In this document: positions 1 to 14,624 of the stretch, piece after piece | Layout of the letters: each line of letters starts with the position of its first letter | How positions within the stretch are numbered: the first letter of the stretch is position 1 | Assembly: GCA_951406725.2 (NCBI GenBank) | Contig: OX597814.1 | Coordinates: 92,566,001-92,630,000, forward strand | Source of the DNA: Octopus vulgaris | Taxonomy: Eukaryota | DNA: 64,000 nucleotides | Reading direction: 5' to 3' | Position numbers and translations under genes: made by a program | Notes under the pieces: model-generated | Database searches by the model: none | What the model was told of the DNA's origin: nothing | What the model saw: the letters and a program-made list of their open reading frames with translations, nothing else

Positions 1-195
1 AAAGAAAATAGGTATATATTAGGAATCATTTGATCATCCAAGTTTTAAACCAACAATGTTCACTCATGTTCACACATTAATATGTTGCTTGATTTAATGC
101 ATTCCTGCACTCCTAATAAATATAGTCTGCACCTCATGATATTGAGTAAGATGTGTGTAGATACACACACATCTGAGCAACAACTTTTCCAACTA

Positions 196-707
196 CCGTA
201 AATCTTCGAGTATAGTCCGCCCTTGAGTATAATACGCAGGGGATTTTTAGGGAGCTGTACCTCTGAAAAACCTAAACTTTGTGTATAATACGCACCCCTT
301 CTCTAACTTGAGTCAAGGAGGTCTATATAACATCCTTGGTTTGTAAAAATTGTATACAGTAATGTACTTATTATTATTGTATATATAACATAATGCAAAC
401 GTGTAGCATTTTTGTACATTTTGTTTGCAGAAAATAAAGAAATAACAGTAATAATGTTTAATAAATGTTGCTTACTGCAAGTTATGGATGATTCTTTTAT
501 GACTTCATTGCTTTCAGGCTTAGCGTAAGGTATTTTCGCGTCCGACATCACAAAATGCGTCTGAATAAACATTGCCGGACAGCAAATAGAGACTTGAACA
601 TTGCTTAGAAAATAATTTTCATTTTTAACCTCGTGTATAATACACACTAGAGATTTTGACCTTTAAATTTGGGGGAAAAAGTGCGGATTATACTCGAGGA
701 TTTACGG
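196..707. mobile_element. Non-autonomous Tc1/mariner-superfamily (pogo/Tigger-like) MITE
   Basis: TIRs CCGTAAATCTTCGAGTATA / TATACTCGAGGATTTACGG are flanked by TA (194-195, 708-709). A fragment of the same end occurs inverted at ~61245-61322. Confidence 0.8.
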
Positions 708-1752
708 TATCACTTTTTCCAAATGTCCTAAAGCAGGAGCCATAACCCCAAAATACAGAAATAAGATAAAACTACAACTTTGTTTTCTTTTCCTTCTCCT
801 AATGTACCATACTTTAATGTGTATGAGGATCCTTTTTTTTTTTTATCAAAAATTAGATTAAAATGTATGGAAGTTTCTTATACATACATCCCTTAGAAAA
901 CCTTTTTTCTAAATTTTAAGCCACAAAAATTAGGGGGTTCCTTATACACAAAATACAGTAGTTTACTTTGTATTTTCTCACATTGTTTGACATTACACAA
1001 GAAATCTTTTTAAAGTTATACCACACAATAATATATATATATATATAAATAAATATTTAATCCAGAATCTTTATTTCAACAAAACATTATGTTCAATTTC
1101 AAACATTATTTCTACAAAACTCATTATGTTCAATTATGGATTAGATACTTTTTGTTCATTCTTAGATTCATCTCTAATTACTTTATTCTAAGCACCAGGT
1201 GTAGTTTCTTTTTGAACTTGTCATCTCCTAAAGAGAAAGAGGGAGAGTGTGAGTAAGAGAGTATGTTCTCTAGCACTGTTAGACAATCAGTGTTGCTTTA
1301 TGTTCTTGTAACTTAGCACTTTGGCAAAAGAGAATGATAGAAGTAAAAGATAAAAGGTATACACACACACAATGAAACAAAACAAATGCAATACTTTTTA
1401 ATTTGATACAAATAAGGAAAAACACAAAAGAATAAAGACAATTTACTGCAAGCAAAACATATGCATTATAATCATATAGAGTGTTGAATAAGTCTAAGCA
1501 TCTTCAGACACAACAATCAGCAAATATCAAGTGAAATTTTCAATCACAAATGAGCAAGCTGCAGCTGAAATTTGTCGGCATGTATTGCTTATTCTCATGT
1601 TTGTCAACAAAATTTATTGGCATGCTTTTGCTGCCTACTTGCTTCCGCATACCTAAAAATTTCAGGGTTAACTCAAATAATCTGGCTGGCCAAAACTGAT
1701 AGCTGGCTGATTGTTGTAATTAATGTGTTGTTGAAAATTAACTAACAATATA

Positions 1753-1910
1753 TATTTCTTTACTACCCACAAGGGGCTAAACACAGAGGGGATAAACAAG
1801 GACAAACAAATGGATTAAGTCGATTACATCGACCCCAGTGCGTAACTGGTACTTAATTTATCGACCCCGAAAGGATGAAAGGCAAAGTCGACCTCGGCGG
1901 AATTTGAACT
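1753..1910 (-). mobile_element. 5'-truncated tRNA-derived SINE, family A (Meta-domain-like core GTCGACTTTGCCTTTCATCCTTTCGGGGTCGATAAA)
   Basis: Near-identical to the copies at 7520-7740, 15908-16138 and 42278-42508; imperfect TSD aactaa(c/g)aatata. Confidence 0.8.
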
Positions 1911-2004
1911 AAGAATATAGGCAGAAGCATGCCTATGTAATTGTGAAGTTGGCTTCCCAGCCATGTGGTCCTGGGTTCAGTCCCACTATATAGCACCTTG
2001 TTCT

Positions 2005-2105
2005 CATTTCCCAAGACACCTGATGAAGGCTGGAGGGTATATCAGCCGAAATGTGTTAACAACAAACAAGATGAGGACAAATATCCATCAAATATGAATT
2101 TATGT
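2005..2105 (+). repeat. Fragment of a hammerhead-core-bearing (Penelope-like) repeat
   Basis: CTGATGA-aggctg...cagcc-GAAA at 2020-2051; the same sequence forms the arms of the palindrome at 41870-42587. Confidence 0.5.
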
Positions 2106-3811
2106 AAGTGGTTTAAAAGACACTCCTCAACCCTGTGGTTTGGAGTTCAGTCCCTCTGTGCTGCACCTTGTGATCAAATTTGGTAGATGGAAACTGTATG
2201 AAAGACCATCATAATGTATGTGTGTATGTGTGTGTGTGTGTGTATGCATGCGCATGCACACGTACATGTATGCATTCATCCCACCAATGCTTAACAAGCG
2301 TTGGTTTGTTTACATCTCTGCAAATTGGTTCAGCAAAAGGAACCAATAAAGTAAGTGCCAGAGTGTAAAGAAAAATAAATACTGGGGTTAATGCTATCAA
2401 CTAATCCTTTTAAAGCTTTGCTCCCACATGGTGATAGTCTAAGGAACAAAACAAGTAAAAAAATAATCATGGATTTTTATCAAGGGCAACATCTTCATTA
2501 AGAAAGGATCATCCATAGCATATTTATTACAAGCATATATACTACAGATGTCCTCCAGGGGCACACAAAACTATATCATTGGTGGAATTTGAAATATAAA
2601 ACCAAGAGCTTAACCCTTTTGATACCAAATTGCCAATATTCTAGGAACAAAGCTTCCTGTGTTAAAGTGACCTAAATTAAATTCTTCCATCTAAATTCCA
2701 TATCAATGTATGTTAAAAACACCAACTTTATACTAACAAAGTTATTTCACTAAATATTTTGTTTTTTCGGAATCAATTACAATAAATGTAGTTTATTTTG
2801 ATAGAAATATAGTAACAAAAGAAGCTTTTTATCTAGCACACTGCTATTTTGACCACTGGAACCTTTGTATTGACCCAATGAGAATAAAATCAATGCTGTA
2901 ACATTATCAACCCAGCCTATGAAGCATTGACCCTTTCTCTTGCTAGGGAACAGTACAATGACATGATCAGATGTAGCTATCAAGTAATAGAGAAATGACT
3001 TGGTCATATGTTGGTGAATAGCACAACAATGTAGTCAGATAAAACTAGCAAATGTAGAACATGATTTGGTTAACTGCTAACTATTTAAACGTAGGTGGAT
3101 AATTTAATGACTTGCCTAACTGTAATTACAAAATAAAATAGAAAAATTTTAAATGGAATGCTTTAAATCAAAGACATTTTTTTTCCAAAAGAAAGAGAAA
3201 GACAGATGCTTCCTCATTCTTTCAACAGTTGATATGTATATCTGATGGAAAGAGATACAAACTGGAATGATACACAAGTATCATAATCTTCAAAACTATT
3301 TGATGAATTTCCCCTAGAGTGACAAAATTATTTATTAAGAAGCAACCAAGTGCATATCAGAACTTTTTCTAAAAAAATGAAGAAAAAAAGGAAAATTGAA
3401 GGAAAATGAGTCTTTATAATCAGTATATTCTGAAATATGCCAAGAGATGAGGAATTATAATTAATCTATTTGGGTGAAGGATTGGTATGAAGCCTACATA
3501 AGATATCATAAATTACTAAGACAGAGAAAGTAAAGACAAGTTATTTAATTTTCATTTTTCAGTCAATCTTTGACCTTTAACACTAAACAGGAATTCATCA
3601 TCATCATCATCATCACTGTTTTTCTATTTAACAAACATAAGATCTTTATATTTGTTAATTAGGTCTAATTAAGAAAGGCTCATTTTTTGTTTTAAATAAC
3701 AGTTAAATACAATGAACAACAACCCTATTTTCCTGTTCATTCTAAAAAGTATATCCTGAATATTTTTAGTTACATGTAAGAATAAAATATATTACATAAC
3801 TTTCCTTCATT

Positions 3812-4310
3812 GGACACTAAAATCTGCTTGCAAAGACCTGTTGAGGCAAGTGAAATCGAAATCAAATTCGATGACAGGCATTCATGCTAATGGAGCGCTA
3901 AGAGTACCATATGAGCGTGATCATTGCCAGAGCAACAAGCTGACCTCCGTGCCGGTGGCACGTAAAAAGTGCCATTCGAGCGTGAACATTACCTGTGTCA
4001 CCTTACTGGCAATTGTGCTAGCGGCACATGTAAAAACATTCGAGCGAGGTCGTTGCCAGTGCCGCAGGACTGGCTCCTGTGCAGGTGGCAAATAAAAAGC
4101 ACCATTTGAGCGTGGCCATTGCCAGTACCGCCTGACTGGTACGTAAAAGCACCCACTACACTCTTGGAGTGGTTGGCGTTAGGAAGAGCATCCAGCTGTA
4201 GAAACTCTGCCAGATCAGATTGGAGTCTGGTGCAGCCATCTGGTTCGCCAGATCTCAGTCAAATCGTCCAACCCATGCTAGCAGGGAAAGCGGACATTAA
4301 ATGATGATGA
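3812..4310 (+). mobile_element. RTE LINE 3' end / non-autonomous derivative
   Basis: Matches the 3' UTR of the LINE (27170-28260): diverged gtgccggtggcacgtaaaaag units, GGTTGGCGTTAGGAAG-GCATCCAGCTGTAGAAAC, (GAT)n tail. Confidence 0.85.
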
Positions 4311-4487
4311 TCCTAGATAACTAATGGAAAAATGTAAATATAAAAACTAAAACATTATCCATGAAATTATGAATGACTTTATAGAATATGAAATGACTAT
4401 AGTTAAATGGAACTTCTAATTGGCAACACAAGTGTCATATTAGTTAAGTTAGTGTAATGCAAAGATCATTGAAAAACATTATTATTC

Positions 4488-4850
4488 AGGCGTAGCTGTG
4501 TGGTAAGAAGCTTGCTTCCCAACCACATGGTTCTGGGTTCAGTCCCACTGCATGACACCTTGGGTAAGTATCTTCAACTATAGTCTCAGGCTGATCAAAG
4601 CCTTGTGAGTGAATCTGGTAAAATGGAAACTGAAAAAAGCCCATCACATATATGTGAGTGTGTGAGAGAAAGAGAGAGAGAGTGTGTAATTGTGTCTATG
4701 TTTGTTCCCCCAGCACCACTTGACAACCGGTGTTGGAGTATCAGTGTCCCTGTAACTTAGTGGTTCAGCAAATGAAATTGATAAAATAAGTACCAGGCTT
4801 TAAAAAAAAAAATGAAGCACTGGAGTCGATTCATTCCACTAAAAAGAAGG
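4488..4850 (+). mobile_element. tRNA-derived SINE, family B
   Basis: Head GGCGTAGCTGTGTGGTAAG...GGGTTCAGTCCC (A/B boxes), internal (TG/AG)n. Further copies at ~8318, 32585-33280, 33985-34385, 36490, 37420, 50930 and 52166. Confidence 0.8.
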
Positions 4851-5179
4851 TAAAAGAAAATTCAGAATTATACATTTGCGCAGCAAACCTTATAAGGTAA
4901 GTGCTTTCTTTTTAGATGACCAAGTGTCAAGAAATAGGTCACTAGTTCAGTTCACTTTTCTTACCAAATAAATTGCAAATATATGACAGAATAAAGACAA
5001 TACTGATAATTGGTTACTAAACCAGCAGGGAATCAAATGTTCCTCAACTCTCTTTAAAATGGTGATCAAATTATATTAAATCTTAAAACTTCAAACAGCA
5101 TGGCTCTTAATAGAAACTGGATAACTACAACCAGACATAACAATAAGCTTCATTTCAGCAAACAGCTCTCTCCATATCA

Positions 5180-5520
5180 TTTATATATTCATGCAGAGAG
5201 GCAGGGCTTCGTAGAGAAATTCTGCAAGAAGGTGAAGCAAGACTTCTCTTGGGCATCAGGATTAGGGGCTCTTGACGTATAAAGAAGGTGTGTTCATGTA
5301 TTTTTATATATTTCAAGTTTGTTTTTTTTCTTTCTTTTTAGTGGAGGAAGATACTTATGGGCCCCTCATTAATTGTTAATATTGTGCAGAATATTATCGA
5401 CTTTCTCATGGATAGGCTAATAGCATTGGCTATTTGATTTATAGTCAATAGTTGCCTGTTATCCAGTACAAGATCCATGTTTTCCTCAGTGGTGACAGTT
5501 GCAGGACATGCGGATTTCAG
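5180..5520 (-). pseudogene. Decayed mariner transposase fragment
   Basis: The minus strand reads ...ATVTTEENMDLVLDNRQLTINQIANAISLS..., resembling the mariner HTH region; no intact frame. Confidence 0.55.
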
Positions 5521-6381
5521 TCATATTCAAGACTCTCCCTAACCCCTCCACAAACACATTTAAGAGCAGCCACTGAGAGAGCCCCTGTATAACTAACTCC
5601 TCCATCTACTAGAAGTAATAGCCAAATCTCTCCCAGATCTCACCCATGTGTACTTTTTTCTAAAAAAAAAAAAAAAAATAGAATGATTGTGATATTAGAT
5701 AATGCAAGTCTGAGATAAATTATATCTGAAAAAACAACAGGATGGTCAGCATTAGGATATCTGATTTCAACAGTAAGGACAATGCATTTAAGAAAGAAAA
5801 AAAGACAGGTGCTGATATGCTAAAAGTGTTCTTTGTCATGGCAACAGTCAGCCAACTAATCAACTGAAAAATATCCAGCATTTTCTCGTAGAAATAATGT
5901 AAAGGTATCAGTTACTAGAACCAACAAAGTCACTGATATTTGATCCATACAGCATATTATTGAAACTGAGACTGATGTATAGATGTTCCTCAACTTACAG
6001 TAACCTGCTGTTACAACCAACCAATTACAACTGTGTACTAAAACACATTCCAACATTTCTTCATGCTGTATAAAAGATTTCTGCAAGCCCAGAGTTAGTG
6101 TCTCCTACATTATGTTTTCTCTCAGTAGCAGTTATATTTCAGCAGTCATATTACAAATATCTTAAGCTTCTCCACTTTTACCAACCCTAAAGATATCGTG
6201 CAAAAGAAAGATTTATCTACCAACCAATAAGGCAAAAATTTAAAAAAAAAGAAATCCCTTAATTTTGAAGATGAAGGCAGGGAAAATATAAATACTTTCA
6301 TACATGATTTACAGTTGTAAATTCTACTTTTTGGCACAAGGCCAGCAATTTTGAAGTAAGGGGTAAATCCATTACATCAAC

Positions 6382-6990
6382 TGTAAGCTATGGTGCGACC
6401 TCACCTGGAATTTGCATCACCGGTCTGGAACCCCTATCTTGCCCCGGATATTAATCGCCTGGAAGCCATTCAGCGACGTGCAACCAAGAGAATACCCTCC
6501 ATCAGGCATTTGCCATATTCTGAACGCCTTACTTGCCTGGGCATGGACACATTGAAACTCCAACGTCTGGCAGCTGACTTGGCAGACACCCATAAAATTA
6601 TTAACCATCTTACAAACAATAACTCTGAGCACCTTTTCAAACTCCACCTGTCTAACACCCGTAGGCATGTTTACAAAGTCACAAAACAGCACAGCTCCCA
6701 TGACTTTCGGAAACATTTTTTCACACTAAGAGTTGCTGAAGCATGGAACAGACTGCCAGCATCAGTTGTTAGTTGTCGGAGCACTGCATCCTTCAAAACT
6801 TCCATGCTTCGTGAGATTCGCCAAAACTACACCTGATTTTCCCCCCTCCATACACACGCAAGCATGTATCTGACTCATACACTGTTCACTTTCCAGACAT
6901 TTGTACATTACTGCATATGCTTTATATGCACTTTCTGACAAGTTGTGGTGCACCTGAGCACTGTATACAATAATTTCATTATTATATTAT
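6382..6990 (+). mobile_element. CR1-clade LINE 3' fragment, inserted into a family A SINE
   Basis: ORF 6390-6836 (VRPHLEFASPVWNPY...LEAIQRRATK...FFTLRVAEAWNRLP) is the CR1 RT C-terminus; (ATT)n tail. SINE halves flank it at ~6335-6381 and ~6991-7130. Confidence 0.9.
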
Positions 6991-7519
6991 AACTGGTACT
7001 TATTTTATCAACCACAAAAGGATGAAAGACAAAGTCCCTCAGTAGTATTTGTACTCAGAATGTAAAGCTTGAAGGAATGCGACTAAGCATTTTGCCGGGC
7101 ATGTTAATGGTTCTACTGGCTCACTGCTCTCCATCCATAATAAATTAAAAAGGGGAAATATAAAATAATAATATACTAAAAAAAGAAAATCGTATGTAGA
7201 GGATATTAGAAATAATCTAATAAATGCAAAAACTAATTTTTGTGTGTCAGTATGTCACACGTTGAACCCTCTCTCACTATTCAATGACACTTCCTCATGC
7301 TGGGGGGGAGAGTAATAGTAGGTATAGAGATGGCAAAGACAGACAGAAAGAGAGAAAAAAAAGAGAGGGAGAGAAAGAGAGACAAAAAAATTTAGGGTGA
7401 GTCCATGATGTTTCATTAAAAGTAGTAGTGTTGATGGTAGCAAAGGGAGTAACAATAAGAGAGAGTGGGTACATGAGAGAAAGAGGGAAATAATGTACAA
7501 CTTTCCTGGACAGAAATAC

Positions 7520-7740
7520 CTATTTCTTTATTATTCACAAGGGGCTAAACACAGAGGGGACAAACAAGGACAGACATAGGTATTAAGTCAGTTACATCGA
7601 CCCAGTGCATAACTGGTACTTAATTTATCGACCCCAAAAGAATGAAAGGCAAAGTCGACCTCGGCGGAATTTGAACTCACAACGTAACGACAGACAAAAT
7701 ACGGCTACGCATTTCGCCTAGCGTGCTAACGTTTCTGCCA
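7520..7740 (-). mobile_element. SINE family A, nearly full length
   Basis: Similar to the other copies; short TSD acagaaata on both sides. Confidence 0.85.
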
Positions 7741-8587
7741 CCTTTGAACAGAAATATCTGTGGCCAGCATACTGAACCAACTGCTGAACACTATCATTTT
7801 TGTTTTTATTGCTTTCTTTAATACATACATACATGTGTGTACACACACACACACACACACACATACATATATATCTATATATATCTACAAAATACACTTT
7901 AACTGAAATAGAGTTTCTCCAAAATTAAACATATTTAATATAATAAATGCGAATGTCAGTGTGTTAAACTTTTTCAGCTTTAATCCTAGAGGCTGTAGCC
8001 CAACATATCACACCATTTTGGAATCAGGCTGAGTCTGTGAGTAAATTAAAAGCATTCCAGGCTGAATCCAGACCTGCAATCCTGAAATTTTGGATCCCTA
8101 TGTTTTCATTACTGCAATTTGTCATCAGTGATTTTTTTTTTTTTTTTGTTACATGATTTTTAGCGATTAATATGATCATCATTGAAGAAGCAATTGAAAC
8201 AAATTCTCCAAAACAAGTCAGAGATCTGTTTGCAGATGTTCCCATTTGGGGTTAGTTGCTTAAAAGCTACATACTAGCTTAAAAGATAAAATAAAATGTA
8301 TTACAAAATATTTATAGGCACAGACATGGTTGTGTGTTAAAAAGTTTGCTTCCCATTACATGGTTTCAGATTCAGTTCCACTGCATAGTACCTTAGACAA
8401 GTGACTTCTACTGTAGCTTCAAGCTAATCAAAGCCTTGTGAGTGGATTTGGTAGACAGAAACTGAAAGAACCCTGTAATATATACATGTGTGTCTGAGTT
8501 TGTGTTTGCCCACCACCACTGCTTGACAACTGGTGCAGGTATGTTTACAACTTAGCAGTTTGGCAAAAGAGATTGACAGAATAAGTA

Positions 8588-9070
8588 TCATCATCATCGT
8601 TTAACATCCGTTTTCCATGCTAGCATGGGTTGGATGGTTCAACCAGGGTCTGGGAAGCCAGGAGGCTGCATCAGGCTCCAGTCTGATCTGGCAGTGTTTC
8701 TACAGCTGGATGCCCTTCCTAACGCCAACCACTCCGTGAGTGTAGTGGGTACTTTTTACGTGCCACCAGCACAGGTGCCAGGGGAGGCTGGCAACAGCCA
8801 CAATCGGTTGGTGCTTTTTACGTGCCACCGGCACAGAAGCCAATCAAGGTGATGCTGGCATCGACCATGTAGGGATGGTGCTTTTTACATGTCACCGGCA
8901 CAGGTGCCAGGGGAGGCTGGCAACAGCCACGATCAGTTGGTGGTTTTTATGTGCCACTGACACGGAAGCCAGTCAGGGCAGCACTGGCTTCGGCCACATA
9001 TGGATTGTGCATTTTACGTGCCACCAGCACAGGTGCCAGGGTAGGCTGGCAACGGCCACGATTGGTTGGT
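8588..9070 (-). mobile_element. RTE 3'-UTR derivative with ~5 diverged ~62-bp units
   Basis: Reverse complement of the LINE tail; (ATC)n at 8588; repeated cgtgccacc(a/g)gcacagg. Confidence 0.85.
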
Positions 9071-12000
9071 GCAATGTACTGGTCTTCCAGTTACACCCAT
9101 GTTAACTCATCAGGACTGATCAAATTGAAACTTGATCACAAGTGGGTGAGTACTTGTATCTATACATTTATTTATTTATCAATTTATCTTTTAGCATATC
9201 AAAGGAGGAAGTTTATTCGCAACTGACCGATCCACCATTTCATATGACCATCAAGACAGGTGGGGTTATAAAGATGTCAATATATAAATTTAGATAGGAG
9301 ACTCAGTCTCAATGTTTGCAACAAAGTACCCAACTAAAAGTACCCAAGGACAAGGTGGAGATGTTAAGCCAAATAACATACTAACTCTACCACCTCAGTG
9401 TCTGTTACACATTGGTTCTGTTCCATCTCTAGCATAACTCCAATAACATCATGTCTATGTTTGTTATTCATTTCACCTAGTTTGACAACAGTTCAAATTG
9501 TGTATGAGGCACATATCTTGGCTGGCATTATTGTGGGGCCTGCTCTCAGTTAGTGATCCTGAAAATACCATAGGCATTTTTAAAAATAACATTAAAGATA
9601 TTTGATATGTAACTCTTTAGCAAAACTAGCAGGAGACCTAGGAGTAAACAAAGAGTGAGGAGATCAGATAATATCCAGAGTTTAAGTTGGTCATGTTTGG
9701 AAATCCAGCAGGGAAGTATAATGATAGTTGCTCTAATAGGACCCTATGGAGGAGGTGCCTGAGGACTCTCTGACTCAGACCCTGCCAGGAATAATGGGTA
9801 GCAAAAATGGATGGATGGATGGATTTTTCTTTCAGAATCAAATGCCTAAAAATGATATCTTTTCAGAAATATATTAAATTATTATTTTTTTAAAAATGGG
9901 GTTGGTGTGAAAAGTAATCTGTGTTTCTGTGAAAACAGAGAAAGTCTGAATACTTAGTAAGTATAAACAAGTATATTATGGAGGCATGACTATAAGCAAG
10001 GAAAATTGGTACTATATGACTATAAGCAAGGAAAATTGGTACTATATACCTAACAAGTGCTGTTATTTAACTCCTAAACCAACTTTGATTCAGCAGACCT
10101 ATGCTCTAAGATGTATCAGCCATAACTATCCCAACATTTTTCAGACAGTGTCCCTAAGATCACACCCTGTAATTTCCAGTAGGTAAAAAAACATTCTAGA
10201 AGGAGCAGCTCTGACTTAAATCCCTCTGGTAGGAATGTGATTTTGGTCAAGAGTGTCAGTCAAAATGTTTTGCAGTATTTCTTCCAACTCTTTATATTCC
10301 TACCAAAGTCAGATTTTCCTTTTATGTGATCTCATATTTAATTTGGGATGGCATTAATGAGTTTTATTTTTTAAGTTGGAAGTTGAAGGACCAGAGCTGG
10401 AACAGACCAAAAGAGACTGAATATATTGATTGCAAACAATCACCACAAATAAGCATGAAATATTTCGAAATTGAAGATGTTAACTGATGGAGATTTGGCT
10501 TATTCCAAGCAGGTGCAGCAACTATCTACAACTAGCAGCTTTGGACCCAAATCCTTTTGGCTTCAGAAGGAATATTGATATTAGAGCATGGGGCAATATA
10601 CTTTACAGTATTTGTTCGAGTTCTTTAATTTTCTTCAGTCCAAATCTTCCTAAGGTCAAATTTGCCTTTCATCTTCCCAAGGTTGATAAAATAAAGTATA
10701 AGTCAAGTACTAAGTTCAGGATTTGTATCTATAATAAAAATGATTCAAGAAGGTGGTCTAGTATGAGAATTGTTACAGCACTAAGCTAACTAAATTACTG
10801 TGAAAATACACAGTTGTTTACAAGGTGTCATCATTTACTGGTCTTTTTAAAGCCACTCCTAATTAACAGGAAATCATTCAAACTATTTGTTTCAATAATT
10901 TAGTCATATCAGTTTCTTAAAACTGTATTATTTCATTTAGAACAACAGTTTTGTTGTTGAGGACTATTAATACAAACCCTCATGTGACCACAGAATTGCT
11001 GACAAAAATGCTACTAGTAAAGACATCCTTTAAGAGTAGTGGATTTATAATTACCAAGTTGGAATTTCCTGTATTATCTTTCAGGGAGATTATGTTACCA
11101 ACTCTTATGCTCTTCAGATAGCATGCATTGGGGATGAGTTGTAGGCCCCAGTACTGAGGTAAGTCAAATGTGATTGAATACCACTAATTGTAATCAATCA
11201 CCATAATCCAGTATGAAAGATTTTGTTTATGTTTCTATTTTCATGCCTAAAATATATAGCTGTCATTAGAACAATACCATCCATGGCTCATATGGTTAAG
11301 ACATCAGTGTAGACAGCTCTGTAGTTAAACAGTTTGCTTTACAGTCACATGGATCAATATTAAACCTTGATGCAAGACACCTTGGACAAGAGTGTATTAA
11401 CCATAACTTGGGGTTGAACCAAGCACCAAAGCCTTGTGAATGAAACTGAGTGAAACAGAATTGGAAGAACATCTTGTTTGATAGACTACAGGCTACCTGC
11501 TTTTTGGGTGGAAGACTTAATCCGTTACTCTGTTTAACTCTACCATCTTTCCCTAGTTTGCCTTTAGCAGAGTATCCCTTGCTGAAAGTATTTGAAACCT
11601 GTCTTTAATCTGAAGAAATGAATTGTGCTTTCTTCCTCTCTGTACTTCCTCAACTTGAACTATGTTTAAATTAATTTTGATTTAGCCAGCTGTGTATCAT
11701 ACTTCATATAAATATTTTGCAAAAGGCTAATTTACTGTCATGTTCATCCAGAGATAGTTTCTCATATGGACATGATGTGTTTAAAAAACAATATATATCA
11801 GGGACAGATGCAAATCATCCTAGAAGTGGCTGATGAGAATGTTGAATGTATTTCTGCCTCATTGAGTATTGCCAATGTCATGTACTCATAAAGAGCCACA
11901 TGCCTAGACAAACTCTGTCAGCATCAATATAGAAAAACAGTGAATAAACACTCACAGGTGTTGTAAATAATTGTCCAGCTGGATAAAATACATTATATCT

Positions 12001-13611
12001 AACAGAACTAGTATCAGACTAAAATAGCTATATGTGTATTATACTTAATGTGAATACTTCAGAAGAGACAAATTTTAATTATTTTACTCATTAGCTTGAG
12101 TTAGTTTAATCAATTCAACATACAGAGCTGAGGCCAATTCTTTCAGAGAAAGAAAGGCTACTAGTGATTGTCAAATTTCCATTTCTACCCAGAGAAGATT
12201 TCTATATTTTCAGCTTAATGCTACAGAAGCCCATGTTGGACACTGGTTCTGAGGAGACTCGTGTAATAGAAAAATTACAACATCAATTAACTTAAATGTC
12301 AACTAAGGACAAATAAACTATTTATGATTTTAAAATTATTTTTACTTTTGGAATAAATTCTTGTATGCTAAAGGTACTACTGTGCTTTGTCTCTAAATGC
12401 CCCACACATCCCTTCTCTTCAGACAGATGTACTTGCTTGCTTTCTCAACAGCTTCTGACTAATTTTTGATAACACATTTTCTCTCCTTTACGGCTTGTCC
12501 AAGGCTCCTGAACATCATTTTTTCTTTTCTATTTAAGAATTATTGATAAAATAACAATAAAACTAAACTTTCAAGCTTCAGAAGTTTGAGACCTCAAACA
12601 GCTTGTCAACCAATCAGATCAGGCAATGAAAGTGGTAAGAAGAGTGACACCTAATTGCTTGGTATTTTGATGTTGTTTAACCCTAACTCATTCATGGTTG
12701 AGCAAACAGATGCTCAAAGGTATTCCAGCTGTGACAAAATTATCTGTGTTATATATTATATATAATAAAAGATTATCAAAACATGGAGCTAGCAAATTGT
12801 GCATAATGTTTAGTTCACAATTCATTATTGGCTTCAATTAAACCAATCTTGCATCATGCCATCAACATGGTTCAATTGAAGTTGATGAAACAATTGTAAA
12901 CTAAGCAACAAAAGCAACTTGCTAACTCCATACTTAAACATTATTTTATTATATATACTCTATGGATATTTTGTGGAGTTTTGGATTACTGGTACAGCAG
13001 CATCTGGGGAGACCTTCCCACTTTTCAACTTTCAGATAGCCACCATTTGTGGAAGTACTTCATGATGTAAACACCTGGATTATACATACTAATTTGTCTG
13101 TCTGTCTGTCTATATATATATATCCATCTACTTATCCATCGCTCTGTGTGTGTATGTGTGCGTGTGTAACTACTTTAATGCATTCTTCTCATTTTTGCTT
13201 CTTCTACAACTTCAGTATGAAAGAAATTTCGCTGCAATTTCTAACAAGTCAAATGATTATGTAAATGTTATCTTTTTCAATTATGATTGGCTATTTAAGA
13301 TAGTATAGTTGTACAATATTATTAAAATTTCTAATAATCATAAAACCAAGATGAATACTTGGAAATTTAGCCTAAAATTAAAACATTTGTAATAATATTC
13401 AACATGCTTAGAGCTCTGTCTTTGAAACTTACAGACTATTAACTCCATATTTAAGGAGTTATTTTAATATATGTACTGATTTGTAATTAAGACTTAAAAA
13501 AGGAGAAATATTATATGAAAATAAATTCTGTAAATTTAGCTCAAGCTTCAACTAATACACATTAATTTCAAGACCTATATTTTTATCACGTTATGATCAA
13601 GTCATTCTTAC

Positions 13612-13766
13612 CCTTGGTGAATGAACATGTACGAAATATAACGCCATGCTTCTTTTCTATCATAAGGACTATATATCAAAGGACTGCAAATAGGGATGCC
13701 TGTACTCCATGTAACTTCAATATCTTTTTTTTTCAGCTCAAGAACGTAATAAACAAATACAGCAAT
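13612..13766 (-). CDS. Rhomboid protease exon (end of first TM, L1 loop, WR motif): IAVFVYYVLELKKKDIEVTWSTGIPICSPLIYSPYDRKEAWRYISYMFIHQG
   Basis: Acceptor (T)n-gcag and donor GG|gtaaga; 155 nt, phase 0 to 2. The 'SPLIY.P..R.EAWRY.SYMF.H.G' rhomboid L1 signature is present. Confidence 0.93.
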
Positions 13767-14586
13767 CTGCAAAAAAAAAAAAAATAAAATTGATATAATG
13801 AAGCAAAACTAAACCATAATCATCATCATCATCATCATTTAATATCTGCTTTCCATGCTGGCATGGGTTGGACGGTTTGATAGGAGCTGGCTAGGTAGAA
13901 GACTGCACCAGGCTTTAGTGTCTGTTTTGGCATGGTTTTTACAGCTGGATCCCTTCCTAACACCAACCACCCAGTAGAGCAGACTGAGTGCTTTTTACGT
14001 GACAACAGCACAAGCAAGGTCTTATCTGCTGATCATGATGGCATGGACTGGATGGAACTATTTACAGAAGTACTTTATGGCAGTCTGCTTTTTCTGATGC
14101 TTTTAGTTACTTCTTATGCTGCACTTGTTCTAAAAACTAGGATACACAAAACTTGAAAATATGGAATAATTTATAGAGCTGTTGCATTTTTTTCTTTGCT
14201 TTTTTTTTAGCATTGAAAATTGATAAAAATGAATATTTAAAGCCAAGTGGATAAGATATTGGACAACTTGTTGAAAGTATGCAAGTTCAAACCTGATATA
14301 GACACTACATTTGCTTCTATATACTGTGCAGCACATTATGCAACTGTATTCTACCATTGCCCCAGGCTGACCAAAGCCTTGTGAGAAGATTTTGTAAACA
14401 GAAACCAAAAGAAGCAATAAGTATTTTTAACTTCAACAAAGCTAAACAGTGAGTTATAAACAGTGAGGTTCATGTCTGTTAACAAAACATTTTTTAAATG
14501 TTTAAAGCTATCAAAGACAGTAGTAGGGGTTGAAATGAGGTAAAATAATAGACTTCAACAATTAAATCATTCTCCTATATTTTCCA

Positions 14587-14617
<31 letters not shown>

Positions 14618-14624
14618 CATTTAA

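Noticed and set aside
4488-4560. tRNA genes at SINE heads
   Set aside because: A/B boxes are present but there is no full cloverleaf and the heads are always attached to SINE bodies.
9986-10048. Perfect 30-bp tandem duplication
   Set aside because: Ordinary local duplication with no other signal.
13020-13080. Minus-strand FHKWW resembling rhomboid TM2-TM3 (VHKWWR)
   Set aside because: Flanks do not match (no HL..N, no LE) and the frame stops a few codons later.
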